A stretch of 64,000 bases of DNA from Rebecca billardiae RCC1528 (GCA_965240325.2 OZ251238.1:1550001-1614000); one strand, 5' to 3'. Counted from the first letter of the stretch, positions 10,601 to 22,769 are shown. Notes: generated by a model not told the origin, from the letters alone. Numbers and translations: made by a program.

Positions 10601-13405
10601 CGGGCGCGCGCGCGGCAGCGGCGCGCGCGCGGGCGCGCGTGCGCACGCACCTGCGCCATGGTGGCGGCGCGGACGTAGCGCATGGCGGGCGCGCCGTGCA
10701 TGTTTGAGAGCGCGCCGCGCGCCGCGACAACCAGCGGGTCCCCCGCCTCCGCCTCGCCACCGCCCTCCTCCTCCTCCTCCGCCCAGCCCGCCAGCGCAAG
10801 CAGTCGCGTCTCGAGCGAGCTCTCAAGCAGCAGCTGCGCCACCGACACGTCTGACGAAACGTCGGGGTCGGCGAGCGCGTTCTGCAGCGCGGCGAGCGCG
10901 TACAGCGTGACCACGCCGTCGTCCGACTCGTTCACCAGGTGCACGCACAGCTCGAGGCCGCCCGAGGTCGTGATCTGCGGACGGCGCGAGATTGCGAACA
11001 GATTGCGGTGGCGCGGGCGCGAGATTGCGCGCAGATTGCGGGGGCGCAGGCGGGGGATGGCGGCGTGAGAAGGCGCGCGGACGGCCGCGAGCGCACCCGC
11101 ACCCGCAGCCGCACGGCCGCAGGGAACGCGCACGCGCGCACGCGCGCGCAGGCTGGGGCGCACTGGGATGCGCGCAGGGGCGGGCGGCGCAGGGCGGGGC
11201 AGGCGCAGGGGCGGGCGCGCAGGGGCGGGCGCAGGGCGGGCGGCGCACGTTGACCGCCGCGCCCATGTCTGCGAGGTTGGCGAGGCAGCAGGCCGCGAGC
11301 GCGATCGAGCCGTCGCCCTCGGCGGTGCCGAGGGTCCACGCCTCCTCGATCAGCGCGAGCAGGTGCGGCAGGCACGACGGCGCCGCCGCCGTGCCCGCGG
11401 GCGCGTCGGCGGCCGAGTGCGGCGCGAGCGCGGCGACAATCAATTCATCCTCCTCCGGCGCAGCGCGCGCCAGGAGCGTAGCAACGGCCACGCAGAGGGC
11501 GTTGCGGCTCTCGAGGTCGGAGGGCGGCGCGGAGCGCAGCCCGGCGGCGAGCGCGCGCGCCTCGGCGGCCGCGCTGCCGTCGGCCACGCCGCCCTCCGCC
11601 AGCTGCTGCTGCGGCTGCGGCTGCTGATGCTGCTGCTGCTGCGGCTGCGGCTGCTGCGGCGGTCCGACCAGCTGTTGGATGGACGTGCGCGGTGAGCGCG
11701 TTGGCGGCCCCTCGCCGAGCGCGTGCAGGCGGGAGGCGCGCGAGGCGCGGGACTGGCGCGAGAGGCGGGAGGCGCGGAGCGTGGGCGAGGCGCCGGCGGC
11801 GGCGGCGGGCGCGGCGGCGGCGGCGGCGGAGAAGGAGGAGCTCACCACGGACGCGGCGGCGGCGGCGGCGGTCGCGGCCGCCGCCTCGGCCGCGGGCGAG
11901 CGCAGGCGCTCTGCGGCGGGCGCCGCCGCGGCGGGCGCGGCGGCGGGCGCGGCGGCGGGCGCGGCGGCGGACGCGACGGCGGCCGCGGCGGCGGCGCCGC
12001 CGAGGCTCTCGCGCCGCTTCTGCTCCACGCGCTGCGCGGCCACGCCCAGCGCGTGCGTCACCGCCTCCGCCTCGATCACCGAATCCCGGCGCACGAGAAA
12101 GCCGCGCGCGACGGCTTGCACGCGCGTGGCCGCGGCGCCGTCCGCGCCGTCCGCGCCGCGCGCGTCGGCGTCGGCGTCGGCGTCGTCGGTGGCGCCGACG
12201 CGGGCCTCGAGGGCGGCGATCTCGCTCGACTCGGCGCGCGAGAGCCGCGGCGGCCGCTCGCGCGGCGGCAGCACCAGCCCGCCGCCCGGCCCCGGGGCAG
12301 AGGCGGCGGCGGCGGCGGCGGCGGCGGCCGCGCCGTCCGCGGCCGCGCCGCCGCCGCCGAGCGCGCCGAGCGCGCGCGGCGTGGGCGGGAGGCGCGAGGG
12401 CGTCTCGGCGGTGGCGGTGGCCGCCGCGTCCGACGCGAGCGCCGCCGCCTCGTTGCTCAGGTGCGTCGCGTCGTACGACCCCGCCACGCGCCGCACGCGC
12501 GCGAGCGCGCGCGCCGCCGCGTGCGCCACTGCCTCGACCAGGCTGGCCTGGCCGTCGGGTGCGGCGGGCGCGGCGGGCGCGGTGCTGGCGTGCGCGTCGG
12601 CGGCGGCGGAGGCGAGCGCGAGGAGCGGCGGCAGCGCGCCCGCCTCGAGCAGCCGCACCACCGCCGCCTCCGCCAGCAGCAGCTTCTGCAGCCCGGCCAC
12701 CACGAGGTAGGCCGTGGGCGCGGCGGCGGCCGAACCAAACTGCGGGCGCTCGGCGGCGGCGGCGGCGCGCGGGTGCGGGTGCGGGCTGGGCGAGCCGCTG
12801 GCGGCGCCGCTCGCCGAGCCGAGCCGGATCGCGCGCTTCGGCGGCGGCGGCGAGTCGCGGTACGGCTCGTCCGCGCCGGGCGCCAGCCGGTGCAGCAGCA
12901 GCGAGTAGAGCTCCACGCCGCCCGCGGCGGTGACGCCGCCGCGCGCGCCGACGGCCGAGGCGTTGCCGAGGAGGGAGAGCGCGGCGTGGAGCGCGCGCAC
13001 GGGCGGCGCGGGCGGGCTGCCGCCCCGCGCGCCGCCGCTCGCGCTCCCGCCGCCGTCGGGCGCGTCCGGCGGCACCGTCGGCGGCGGCGACGCGGGCCGG
13101 CGGTGGAACGTGTGGCCGAGCGCGACAAAGGCCTCGTCGGCGACGGCGTGGGCGAAGGCGACGACGGCGGGGAGGAGCTCCGCCTGCGCCACGTCCGCGA
13201 GCAGCGCCGACGCCGACGCGCCGTCCACGCCGTACAGCCGGCGCGCGACCGCCTCGAGCGCCGCCGCGGCGTCCGAGCGGTCGGCCGCCGCGTCGGCGCG
13301 GCCGCGGAGGAGGGCGGCGGCGGCGAGCACGTCGGCGCGCGCGGCGTCGAGCGGCGCGGGGTCGTCCGGCCGCGCGGACGCCGCCTCTTTCGGCGTGTCG
13401 CCCAT
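5269..13405 (-). CDS. Large (~2450 aa) ARM-like repeat and IQ-motif protein; exons 13405-11249, 10974-10651, 10547-10254, 10141-9878, 9716-9634, 9505-5269
   Basis: Five GT..CAG introns join the ORF fragments in consistent phase. Recurrent ARM-like GGVELYSLLL/GGLELCVHLV/GGLVLCAELL..LQN/VQN units. IQ motifs ATRVQAVARGFLVRR, ATMAQ|AATRGWLVR (rebuilt across intron 2) and ATRVQAHARRRLG, plus many degenerate copies. Ala-rich helical region and low-complexity tail. Confidence 0.72.
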
Positions 13406-13700
13406 GCTGCCGCCGGGCGGCCGGTGTGTGTGCGCGCTGCGCGTGGGCAGGGCCCTGTTGTTGCTGGGGGCTGCTGGAGAGCTTGCTGAGCGCAGCCGCC
13501 GAGTAACCAACGCGCCGCCGGCCGCAGCTGTTTTTTCGCTCGCGCGCCGAGGCGGCCTCCGATTTTATTAGTCGATGCGGGTACGCTTTGACTAGGGGCG
13601 GCCCGACGGCGGCGAAACCGAAAGCCGCGGCGGCCGGCGTTTCATCAACGCCGCCCACTTCATCAGAGCGCGCGCGGCAAGCTCAAAGCATGGCGGCCGC

Positions 13701-16700
13701 TCAGCGCGACGGCGCGCGGTGGTGGCCCTTCTTGTGCTTCTTGCCGCCGGCGTGCGCCGGCTTGCCGCCGCCGTCGTGCCGCTTCTTGTGCGCGCCGCGC
13801 GCCTCGCCCCCGCCCTCGCCGCCGCCCTCGCCGCCGCCCGCCGCCAGCCGCACGCTCGCCGGCGCGGCGCCGGCGCGGCCCGGCTCGAGCGCCGCCGCCC
13901 AGTCCTCGTCCGTGCCGCGGATGGCGTAGCGCGCGAGGTCGGCGCCGAGCACGACGGCGCCCGCGCCGGCGGCGGCGGGCTCCGCCTCCGCCTCCGCGCG
14001 CGCCGCCAGCGCCGCGCTCGCGCGCGCGCCGCCCTCCGCCAGCTCGGCGCCGAGCGACGGCAGCGCGCCCGCGCGCGCCGCCGAGCGCCGCGCCGCCTCC
14101 GCCGCCGGGCCGTCGGTGGGCAGCTCGGCGGCTGCGCGCGCGCGCGGCACGGCGGGGCGCGGGGCAGGGCGTCGCGTGAGCGCGCGCGCGCGCGCGCGCG
14201 GCGCGCACCACGCGCCCGCCACAGCCGCGCCCACAGCCGCGCGCACCCGCGTCGGCCTCGTAGACCGCCAGGACTGTCTGGGACAGCTTCCGGACCGCCT
14301 TGTTGTACAGGGCGAGGAGCTGCGAGGCGGGGAGGCCGAGGCGCGCGGCGGTCTCGTCGACGCTCGACGCGCGCGGGCCGAGCTCCAGCAGGATCGCCTG
14401 CTGCACCGCCGACAGCCCCACCCGGACTCCCGGCTCCGGGCCGATGCAAAGGCTGGCCAGCGTCGGCGCGAGGTCGGCGACGAGCGAGTGGTCGAGCAGC
14501 GAGCGCGCGTAGGCGCGGAGGCGGCCGAGGTCGCGCGGGGTGAGGAGGACGTCGAGCTGCGCGGCGGAGAGCGCGCAGCCGGCCGCGCCGCCGCCCGCGC
14601 CGCCGCCGGGCAGCGGCTGCAGCAGCGCCAGCGCCGTCTGCGCGTCCACGCCCGCGCGCAGCCGCGCGCTCGGCAGCAGCCGCAGCAGCCGCCGCGCAAA
14701 GTCGGCGTGGTACGCGCGCACCCAGCTGTCGTCCGCGCCGTCCGCGTCGCCGAGCGCGCGCAGCAGCAGCGCCGAGTGCTCCCCCGTCAGCTCGTTCGGC
14801 GCCTGCCGCAGGTACACGGGCGCGTACCCCGCCTTGCGCCAGAACTGCAGCAGCGGGTAGGTGACGCCAAACGCGGTGCCGAGGTAGTCGAGGCGCTGCG
14901 GCGGCAGCTCGGCGAGGCGGCGGAGCAGCGGCGGCAGCGAGGACGCGGCGCGCGGCGCGAGCCGCTCCGCGCGCAGCCCGCCGCCACCCGCCGGCGGCGG
15001 CGCGGCGCGCGGCGCGTCCACGTCGACGGCGCCCGGCGGCGCGGCCGCGCCGAGCGCGCCACCGTACAGCGCCTGCAGCTGCTCGAGCGCGCGCCTGCCG
15101 TAGCCCATGCGCGCGAGGTCGGGGTGCGTGGCGATGCGCACGACGCGCGCGCCCGAGAGCGCGGCGAACGCGTCGTCGCAGAACGCCTGCGACACCGTCC
15201 ACGGCAGCAGGTCGCCCGCGGGCGCGAGGCCGCGCGAGCGGCCCGCGTCGAGCGCCGCGCGCGCCACGCGCCCCTCGAGCGCGAGCTGCACGACGCACAG
15301 AATGTCCGGGAGCCGGGCGGCGAGTCCGGCCGCGCCGCCGGCGGGCTCGGCGGGCAGCGGGCCGAGCAGCACGAACAGCCGGTGCTGCGGCGCGTCGGCG
15401 AGCAGCTGCAGGTCGTTGGGCGAGTTCTTGTAGTGCGAGGCCACACAGAGGCCGACCACGCGCTGCAGGAACGCCTCGGACGCGCTGCCGCCACGACCGC
15501 GCGCACGCACACGCACACCGCGCATGGGGGCAGGGCGCCGGTGAGCGCGCGCGCGCGCGTCGGCGCGGGCGAGGGCGAGGGTGAGGGTTTGCGCGCGCGC
15601 GCGCGGGGCGCGCACGGGTGGTAGGAGAAGAGGGCGTCCCTCTCGACCGCGTACAGCTCGCACGCGGACGGGTGCGGGCACGAGAGCACGGGGCGGACGG
15701 AGGCCTGCGCGTCGAGGCAGAGGAGCGCGTGGAGCCACGACTCGACGGCGTCGCCCGCCGCGTACCGGATCGGCTCGTCCAGGCTCACCTCGCGCAGCCG
15801 CGGCGCCGCCGCCGGGCCGGCGGCGCCGCCGCCGCCGCCCGAAGCGGCGCCGCCCGCCGCGGACGGCGCGGGCGCGGCGCCCTGCTCGCGCAGCGACTTG
15901 ATGAGCTTGAGCGAGAGCGCGCGGCCGGTGCCCTCGTACCCCGAGACGGTGGAGGAGAGCACGGTGACCCACGGCCCGAGCAGCCGCCTCACCACCGGCA
16001 GCGGGATCGCCGCCGCCTCGTCGACCACGACCAGCTCCGCGTGACGAAAGACGGCCGCGTCGGTGGGCTGCACGTACGCGACGGTCTGGCGGTGCGCGCG
16101 GAAGACCTCGACGCGGCCGATCACGCGCACGCCCTTGCCGCGGTGGTGCCCCTCCTCCCCGTCCCCGTCCCCGCCGTCCCCACCACCGCCACCACCACCA
16201 CCACCGCCACCACCCGCCGCCAGCTCGTGCACCGCGTAGTCCGCGTGCTCCTGGTACGCGAGCGCGTCCAGCCCTTTGAAGAGAAACTCAAAGACGGTCT
16301 GGATGTTCTCGGGGGCGGGCGCGGTGAGGAAGATGTTGGAGTAGCCGTGGCCCACCGCGGCGGCGAGGGCGAGGCCGAGCGCGGCCGACTTGCCGCGCCC
16401 GCGCGCCGCCGTGAGCGCCACCGTCTGCCGCGCCGCGCGCTCGGCCACCGCCTCGGCGACGCTGAGCAGAGCGCGCGCCTGGTCGGGCGTGCGGCACAGC
16501 GGGAGGAGCGCGCCGGCGATGGGCACGTCGCGCAGCGAGGCGACCACCTCGTCGAGCTCCGCCTGCGCCGCGCCGCCCCCGCCGCCGCCCGCCCCCCCCT
16601 CCCCCGCGCCGTGCGCGCCCTCCCCCAGCGGCAGCACGTTCAGCTCGTCGTCGAGCACGAGGCAGCGGCCGCACGCGGAGAGGGAGAGGAGGAAGCGCTC

Positions 16701-17406
16701 GTTGAAGCGCGGGGCGAGGGCGGCGTGCGCGTGCGTGCGGTACCGCGCGTGCGCGTCCATCGCCAGCGTGTACAGCTGCGTGAGCGACGCCATCGTCTTG
16801 AGCAGCAGCACGACGAGCCCGCCGCCTTCGACCGTCTCGACGACGCGCGCGAGCGTCGACGGCGTGAGCGCCTCAAAGTCCTGGAGGACGGCCATGCCGA
16901 AGGTGCGGCCGAGCACGCGCGCCGAGTCGCGGTAGTACGCGTACGTGATCTCCGTCGCCGAGATGAACAGCTCGAACGGGTCCGCCGCCGCGGACGCGTC
17001 GTCGAGCAGCCCGCGGCGCTGCGCCTTCTTGATCTGGCCGATCCGCTTCTTGCGGTGCGAGGAGAAGCCGAGGTCCTTCTTGTAGCACCAGAGGACGGAG
17101 GGGCGCGCGCGGACGGAGGCCTTCGAGAGCATGTAGTGCAGGTTCACCACCTGCTCCTTGCCGCCGTCGCCCACGAGCACGACGAGCGAGCGGTGGCGCG
17201 CGGCCACGCCGCCCTCGACGAGCGCGCGCACGCGCGCGTCCACCTTCTGCGCGGCCGCGCGCGTTGTTTTGGTGGGGTTTGGGTGGGCGGAGGGGGGAAA
17301 AGGGGGGTGCGTGTGGGCCACCACGCGCCACCGCCGCCGCCGCCGCCGCGCGCGCGCGCGCGGCGTGGTGCGCGCGGCGTGGTGCGCGCGCGCGCGCCTT
17401 GCGCAT
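13701..17406 (-). CDS. NAT10: RNA cytidine acetyltransferase NAT10/Kre33; exons 17406-17398, 17246-15616, 15484-14247, 14131-13701
   Basis: MRK|KVDARVRALVEGGV N-terminus; RPSVLWCYKKDLGFSSHRKKR; LQDFEALTP; Walker A LTAARGRGKSAALG; VVDEAAAIPLP; GYEGTGR; LFSYHP|ASEAFLQR; SHYKNSPNDLQLL; GNAT RVVRIATHP..GYG; C-terminal LARYAIRGTDEDW. Splice junctions restore the frame. Confidence 0.96.
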
Positions 17407-17723
17407 CTCGCGCCAGGCTTTGACTGGGAGGTTGGCTTCGTGGCCCGGCGGCCGCCGTTGTCAGCCGGACGCACGCCGAGCGGCGCGCCCGGACCGCCGT
17501 TCGGGTCTCACTTGAGCCGACTCGGACGACGAAGCCGGCTCGATGAGGAGGACAGATCGCCATCTCCCCGCGTCGCCGCGGTGGTAGATACGTTTTTTTG
17601 GCGGCTGCTGCCCATCCCACAGTGGAGGAGGGCTCGCGCGCTGGCTGTGGAGCGCCGTGTGCACGGCGGGCGCCACCGCGGCTCGCTGGCTTTGGCTGCT
17701 CGGCGCGCGGCGCGCGGGCGGGC
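17407..17723. promoter_or_regulatory. Probable bidirectional promoter between NAT10 (-) and the hydrolase-TIR gene (+)
   Basis: Only ~317 bp separate the two inferred divergent start codons. Confidence 0.45.
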
Positions 17724-19566
17724 ATGCGGCGGCAGGAGCACTTCCGCCTCGTGCTCGTCACCGACCCGGGCCCCGACCCGGACGACGTCAAGGTGCGCCG
17801 CCGCCGCGCGCGCGCGCGCGCGCGCGCGCCCACCCCGAGCCCGCGCCGACCGCCGACCGCCGACCGCCGACCGCCGACCGCGCGCCGCGCGCCGCGCGCC
17901 GCGCGGCGGGGCAGACGCTGCTCGTGGCGGCGGTGCACCACACCACGCGCCCGAGCTTCACCTTCGAGGCCGCCATCGCCAACGGCGGCGAGCAGCCGCT
18001 CGCGCGCGCCAAGCTCGCGCGCTGCCTGCTCGACCACGTCGGCGCGCACGACGTGCCCGTGGGCGTGGGCAGCGCGGGGAAGGCGTACGCGGCGCAGCCG
18101 CACGAGTACGCGATCTCGGGGTACGAGTCCGTCGACGAGTCCCGGCTGCACGACGGCGCCGACCTCCTCCGCCGCACGCTGCGGCGCGCGGCCAAGCGCT
18201 CGCTTACCGTCGTGTGCATCTCGGGGCTGCGCGATTTCGCCGACGCGATCGCGCGCGACGAGGCGGGCGTGCTGCGCGCGGTGCGCGCGGTGGTGGTGCA
18301 GGGCGGGCTCGAGCCCGACGACGCCTCGCCCACCGGCTGGCGCGCCGACTCCTCCGTCAACAACGGCTTTGACCAGCCCGCGGCCGACGCGGTCTACGCC
18401 TTCTGCCTCGGCAAGGGCGTGCCGCTGACCGTCGTCTCGCGCAACGCGGTGCCGCTGCTGCCGATGCAGCTCGCGAAGAGCTTCGCGGAGCGCACGCAGT
18501 GCCCCGTGATGCGCTACCTCGCCGACGCGCAGTTCCTCGGCCTCGAGGGCCTCTGGCTCAAGCTGTGCGAGGGGAGGCTGCCGCCGCGCTGCACCAAGGG
18601 CTGGTACTTTGCGACCTTCTGCGGCGTGGACGCGGCCGAGTTCGCGGCGTCGGGCTTCGAGGGGCTGGGGTCGGACGCGCGGATCTCGGCGCACCTGAAC
18701 GGGTACGTCAAGCCGTACGACGTGCTCGCGCTCATGGCCGCGCTCCCCGACACGCGGCCGCTCTTTGGCGCGGGCGCGCCGCCGGGCGAGCGCGTGCCGC
18801 CCGCGCGCGGCGGCGCGCCGCACCGGCTGCTGCTGCGCGTGGAGGACACGATCGACGTGTCGCACGTGCTCAAGCTGCTGCGCGACGCGTACCACGAGGT
18901 GGTGCTCGCCACGCGCACGCTCGCGCGCGCCGCCGCCGCCGAGCCCGACGCCGCCCAGCGCGCGGGCCACGACGACGACGGCGGCGGCGGCGGCGGCGGC
19001 GCGGGCGCGCGGCACGCGCGCCCGTCCGCGGGCGGCGTGGTCGAGCTGCCGCGCCCGCCGTCGCTCGGCTCGCTCGGCGCGCGGCCCACGCCGCCGGGCG
19101 GCGGCGGCGGTGGCGCCGAGCCCGCCCGCCCGCCCGCCGGCAGCGCCTCGCCGGGCGGCGCCGCGCTCGGCGTCGAGCTGCGGCTGCGCACGCACCTCAC
19201 GCTGCGCTCGCCCGACGCCAAGCACGAGGCGGCGGCGCGCGGCTCGTCCGCGTCGGTGGCGTCGGTGGACAGCGCGGGCTGTGGCGGCGGCGCGCCGCCC
19301 GCCACGCTGCCCGCCGCGCGCGACGGCTCGGGCGCCTTTGGCGCCGCCGGGTGCGGCGCGCTGCCGGGCGCCACGCCGGCGCTGCCGCTGCCGCCGGGCG
19401 CGGGCGGCGGGCCGCCGCCGATCGTCGGCTCGGCGGGGTGCTCCAAGCGGCACGCCGTCGACGCGTCCGGCGCGTTCCCCACCTCGTTCCTCGCCCAGCC
19501 CTCCGAGGGCGTCTTTGCGCGCAAGCGCGGCGCGGCGGCGAGCGCGCTGCCCGGCGCGGCGGCCGC

Positions 19567-19626
<60 letters not shown>

Positions 19627-21952
19627 CGAGCCGCCGCTCTCGATGGCGGAGGTGGAGGAGGGCGGCGAGGACGAGGCGGAGCAGGCGGCGGCGCCGACGG
19701 CGACGACGGCGCCCGCCGCCGCGCCCCGCCCCGCGCGCTGCTCGCGCCCGGCGCGCGGCTCGACCGAGTCCGCGGCCGGCGGCGGCGTCGGCGTCGGCCG
19801 GCACAGCAGCGGCAGCCGGCTCACCGCCGCTGGCAACGAGGGCGCGGACGCGTCCGCGGCGGAGGGCGTGCTGTCGCCCGAGGACATTGACGAGCTGCTC
19901 GGCCGCGCGGTGCGGCAGGTGGCGGCGCGGCGGCAGGGCGTCGCCGCCGCCGCCGCGCGCGCGGGCGCGCTCGCGGCCCTCGTGCTCGCCGCCGCGGCGC
20001 TCGCCGATTCGCTCGCGCTCGCGCTGCTGGGTAGCGGCGGCGGCGGCGGCGGCGGCGCGGCGGCGCTGGGCGCGCCGCTCGCGTCGGCGGCGGAGCCCGG
20101 GCCGTCGGCGCGCGCGCGCGCCGCGGCGCTGCTCGTGCTCACCGACCTCGCCCTCGCCCTCGCCTCCGTCGGCGTCGACGGCCTCGTCGACGTCGAGCGC
20201 GACGGCTCGGCCGCGCGCGTCGGCGGCTGCGCGGCGGTCGTGCGCGCGGCGCACGCGGGCCTCGCGGCCGCGCTCGCGGCCGCGCTCGCGGCGGCGGGCG
20301 ACGCGGCGGGCGGCGCGGCGTGCGCCGCGCTGGGCGGCGCGTACGCGGCGTGCGCGCTCGCGCTCGCGCTCTGCGCCGCGCTCGCCGCCGCGCCCGCCGG
20401 CGGCGGCGGCGCGCGCGCGCGCGCGCGCGCGGCCGGCTGGCGCGCGCTCGGCGCGTGCGCCGCCGCCGAGGCGGCGGTTCTCGGGCTGGGCGGCGCGCGC
20501 GGCTGCTGCGGCGCGGACGGCGCGGCGCTGCTGTGCGCCGCCGCGCTGCTCGCGCCGCTCGCCTGCGCCGCGCTCACCCGCGCCGTGCGCGAGGCCGCCG
20601 CGCGCGCGCTCGCCGCCGCCTTCGAGGCGCGCGGCGCGTACGCGCCGCTCGCCGGGCTGATCGGGTTTGGCGCGCGCGACGAGCTGGCCGTGTCGGCGCT
20701 CGTGCCCGAGGCGATGCGCGTGTTCCGCCCGGTCGCGCTCACGCCGCGCGCGCTGCGCTTCCTCGACCTCTCCACCGGCGGCGGCGCGGGCGCCGCCGCC
20801 GCCGCCGCCGGGCCCGACGCGGGCAGCGCGCACGGCCGCGCGGCGTGCGGCGCGGGCGCCGCCTACGCGGCGACGATCGCGGCCGAGGCGGACGCGGTGG
20901 CGAGCGTGCAGCAGCAGCAGCAGCAGCACGCGAAGCAGGAGGCGGAGGCGCAGCCGCAGGAGGAGGGGACGCCGCCGCGCGGCCGCGCGGCGCGCCGCTC
21001 GGCCGAGCGCCGCGGCCGGCCCGAGCGCGGCTCGGTCGGCGGCGGCGTCGACCGGCTGCTCGCGCCCGTCGCGCACAAGCTCGCGCGCGCGCCCGGCGCG
21101 GGCGGCGGCGCGGGCGGCGGCGCGCCGCTCGCGGACGCGTACGTCGTGCACGCGTGGGCGGACGACGCGGCGGGCAAGGCGGCGGCGCTGCGCGCGTGGG
21201 CGCTCGAGTTTGAGCGCGCGCGCGGCCGCGCGCCCGTCGTCTGGCTCGACGCGCTCTGCGCCGACCCGCTGCTCACCCCGCTCGAGGCCCTCGCGCACAT
21301 GCCCATCTATTTGGCGCGCTGCCGCTCACTGCTGCTGCTCGCCGGGCCGCGGATGACGGATCGGCTGTGGGTGGCGGCCGAGCTCTACTCGTGGCGCGCG
21401 TCGGGCGGGCTGGCGGAGCAGTGCGCGGTGGTGCTCGCCGCGCCCGAGGAGGCCGACGCCGCGCAGCGCGCCGCGCTCTGGGGCGAGGTCGTCGGCGCCT
21501 TCGACGCGTTCCACGTCATGTGGGCCGGCGCCGCCGACGACGACGTGCAGGCGCGGATCGCGCACGCCGTGACGCTCGCGACCGCGTCGCACTTCAACGA
21601 GGGGGTGCGCTCGTACCTCGAGCCCGTGCAGCGCGCGGCGGAGCGCGAGGCGAAGGCGGCGCGCGACGAGGCCAAGCGGCAGCAGCAGCAGCAGGGCGCC
21701 GAGGGCGCGGCGGGCGCCGCGCTGCCGCCGCCCGCCGGCGGCGCCGCCGCCGACGCCGATGCGTCCGCCGACGCGCTCGGCGCGCTCGGCGGCGCGCCCG
21801 GCGGCGCCGCGTCGCGCCGCGGCACCGGGCCGGCGGCGGACGCGGTCGCGGCGGCGACCGCGGCGGGCGGGCGCGCGTCGCGCATCAGCCCGCAGACGCC
21901 GACGCGCTGCCACGTCGGCGGCGCGCTCACCTCCATGTCGCGCGCGCTCATG

Positions 21953-21996
<44 letters not shown>

Positions 21997-22444
21997 GCGG
22001 CGCGGCTCGATGGACGCGCTCGGCCACGCCGGCTCGTGCGGCTCGATGCGCGCCGACCGGCTCTCCTCGTCGATGCGCGCGTCGCGCGCGGCGCACGCCG
22101 CCGACGGCGCCGAGGGCGGCGGCACGGTGCGCGCGCGGCTCAAGTCCACCATCCTCGGCCGCGGCAGCGCGAGCACCGCGCCGGCCGACCCGTCGGCGCC
22201 GCAGCCGCCCGCGGACGCGTCGGCGGACGCCGAGCGCGCGACGCCGCCGCGCCGCTCGCTCAACATCTCGCACGCGAGCGTGGTCTCGGTCGAGTCGGGC
22301 GCCGGGCGCAGCAGCGGCGGCGACGCCGGCGCCGACGCCGAGGGCGGGAGCCGCGGCGGCTCCGCGGCGCACTCGCCCGCGCAGCACGCCGGCGGCGCGA
22401 GCAGCCGGCGCGAGCGCGCCGCGCAGCAGCAGCCGGGCCGTTGA
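17724..22444 (+). CDS. XopQ/HopQ1-like nucleoside hydrolase - membrane region - TIR-like domain fusion (~1530 aa); exons 17724-17792 and 17915-22444
   Basis: Phase-0 GT..AG intron 17793-17914 rebuilds LVLVTDPGPDPDDVK|TLLVAA, the Asp-rich IU-nucleoside-hydrolase metal motif. It is followed by DVPVGVG, VVVQGG, SSVNNGFD, GLEGLW..GWYFATF and YDVLALMAA. Hydrophobic helices at ~19960-20700. TIR-like DAYVVHAWADD..K..L..PVVWLD..C..MPIYLARCRSLLLLAGP...RLWVAAEL at ~21131-21630. The exact start codon is uncertain. Confidence 0.82.
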
Positions 22445-22769
22445 CGACGCTGCCGCCGATCGCTGAGACTGCTGACGATATTTCGGGCTGGCCAGCGGAC
22501 AGTGTACCCGCGGTACCCGCCCGGTTGAGCCTGCTGTCAGCGGCTGCTGTGACGAACTTGATGGCAGGAGTAGTACGTTCATCGCCGCCTGGCAGTAGTA
22601 CGCCGCCGGTACTGACGCACGCCGCCACTAGGCGACGTACTAGCTCCACAGTGAACAGAATGACCTCAAAATGTGTACTTTAGAAGCCCCGCTCGAGCGG
22701 ACACGAAGGGCACAATGGCGGATTGCGGCGGCCCGCCGCCATCCCTCAGTGCCCACCCATCAGGTGTCC

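Noticed and set aside
17540-17720. Extra upstream exon (DTFFWRLLPIPQW) for the hydrolase-TIR gene
   Set aside because: No in-frame ATG is available before NAT10, and ATG 17543 meets a stop after 14 codons. It cannot be supported without transcripts.
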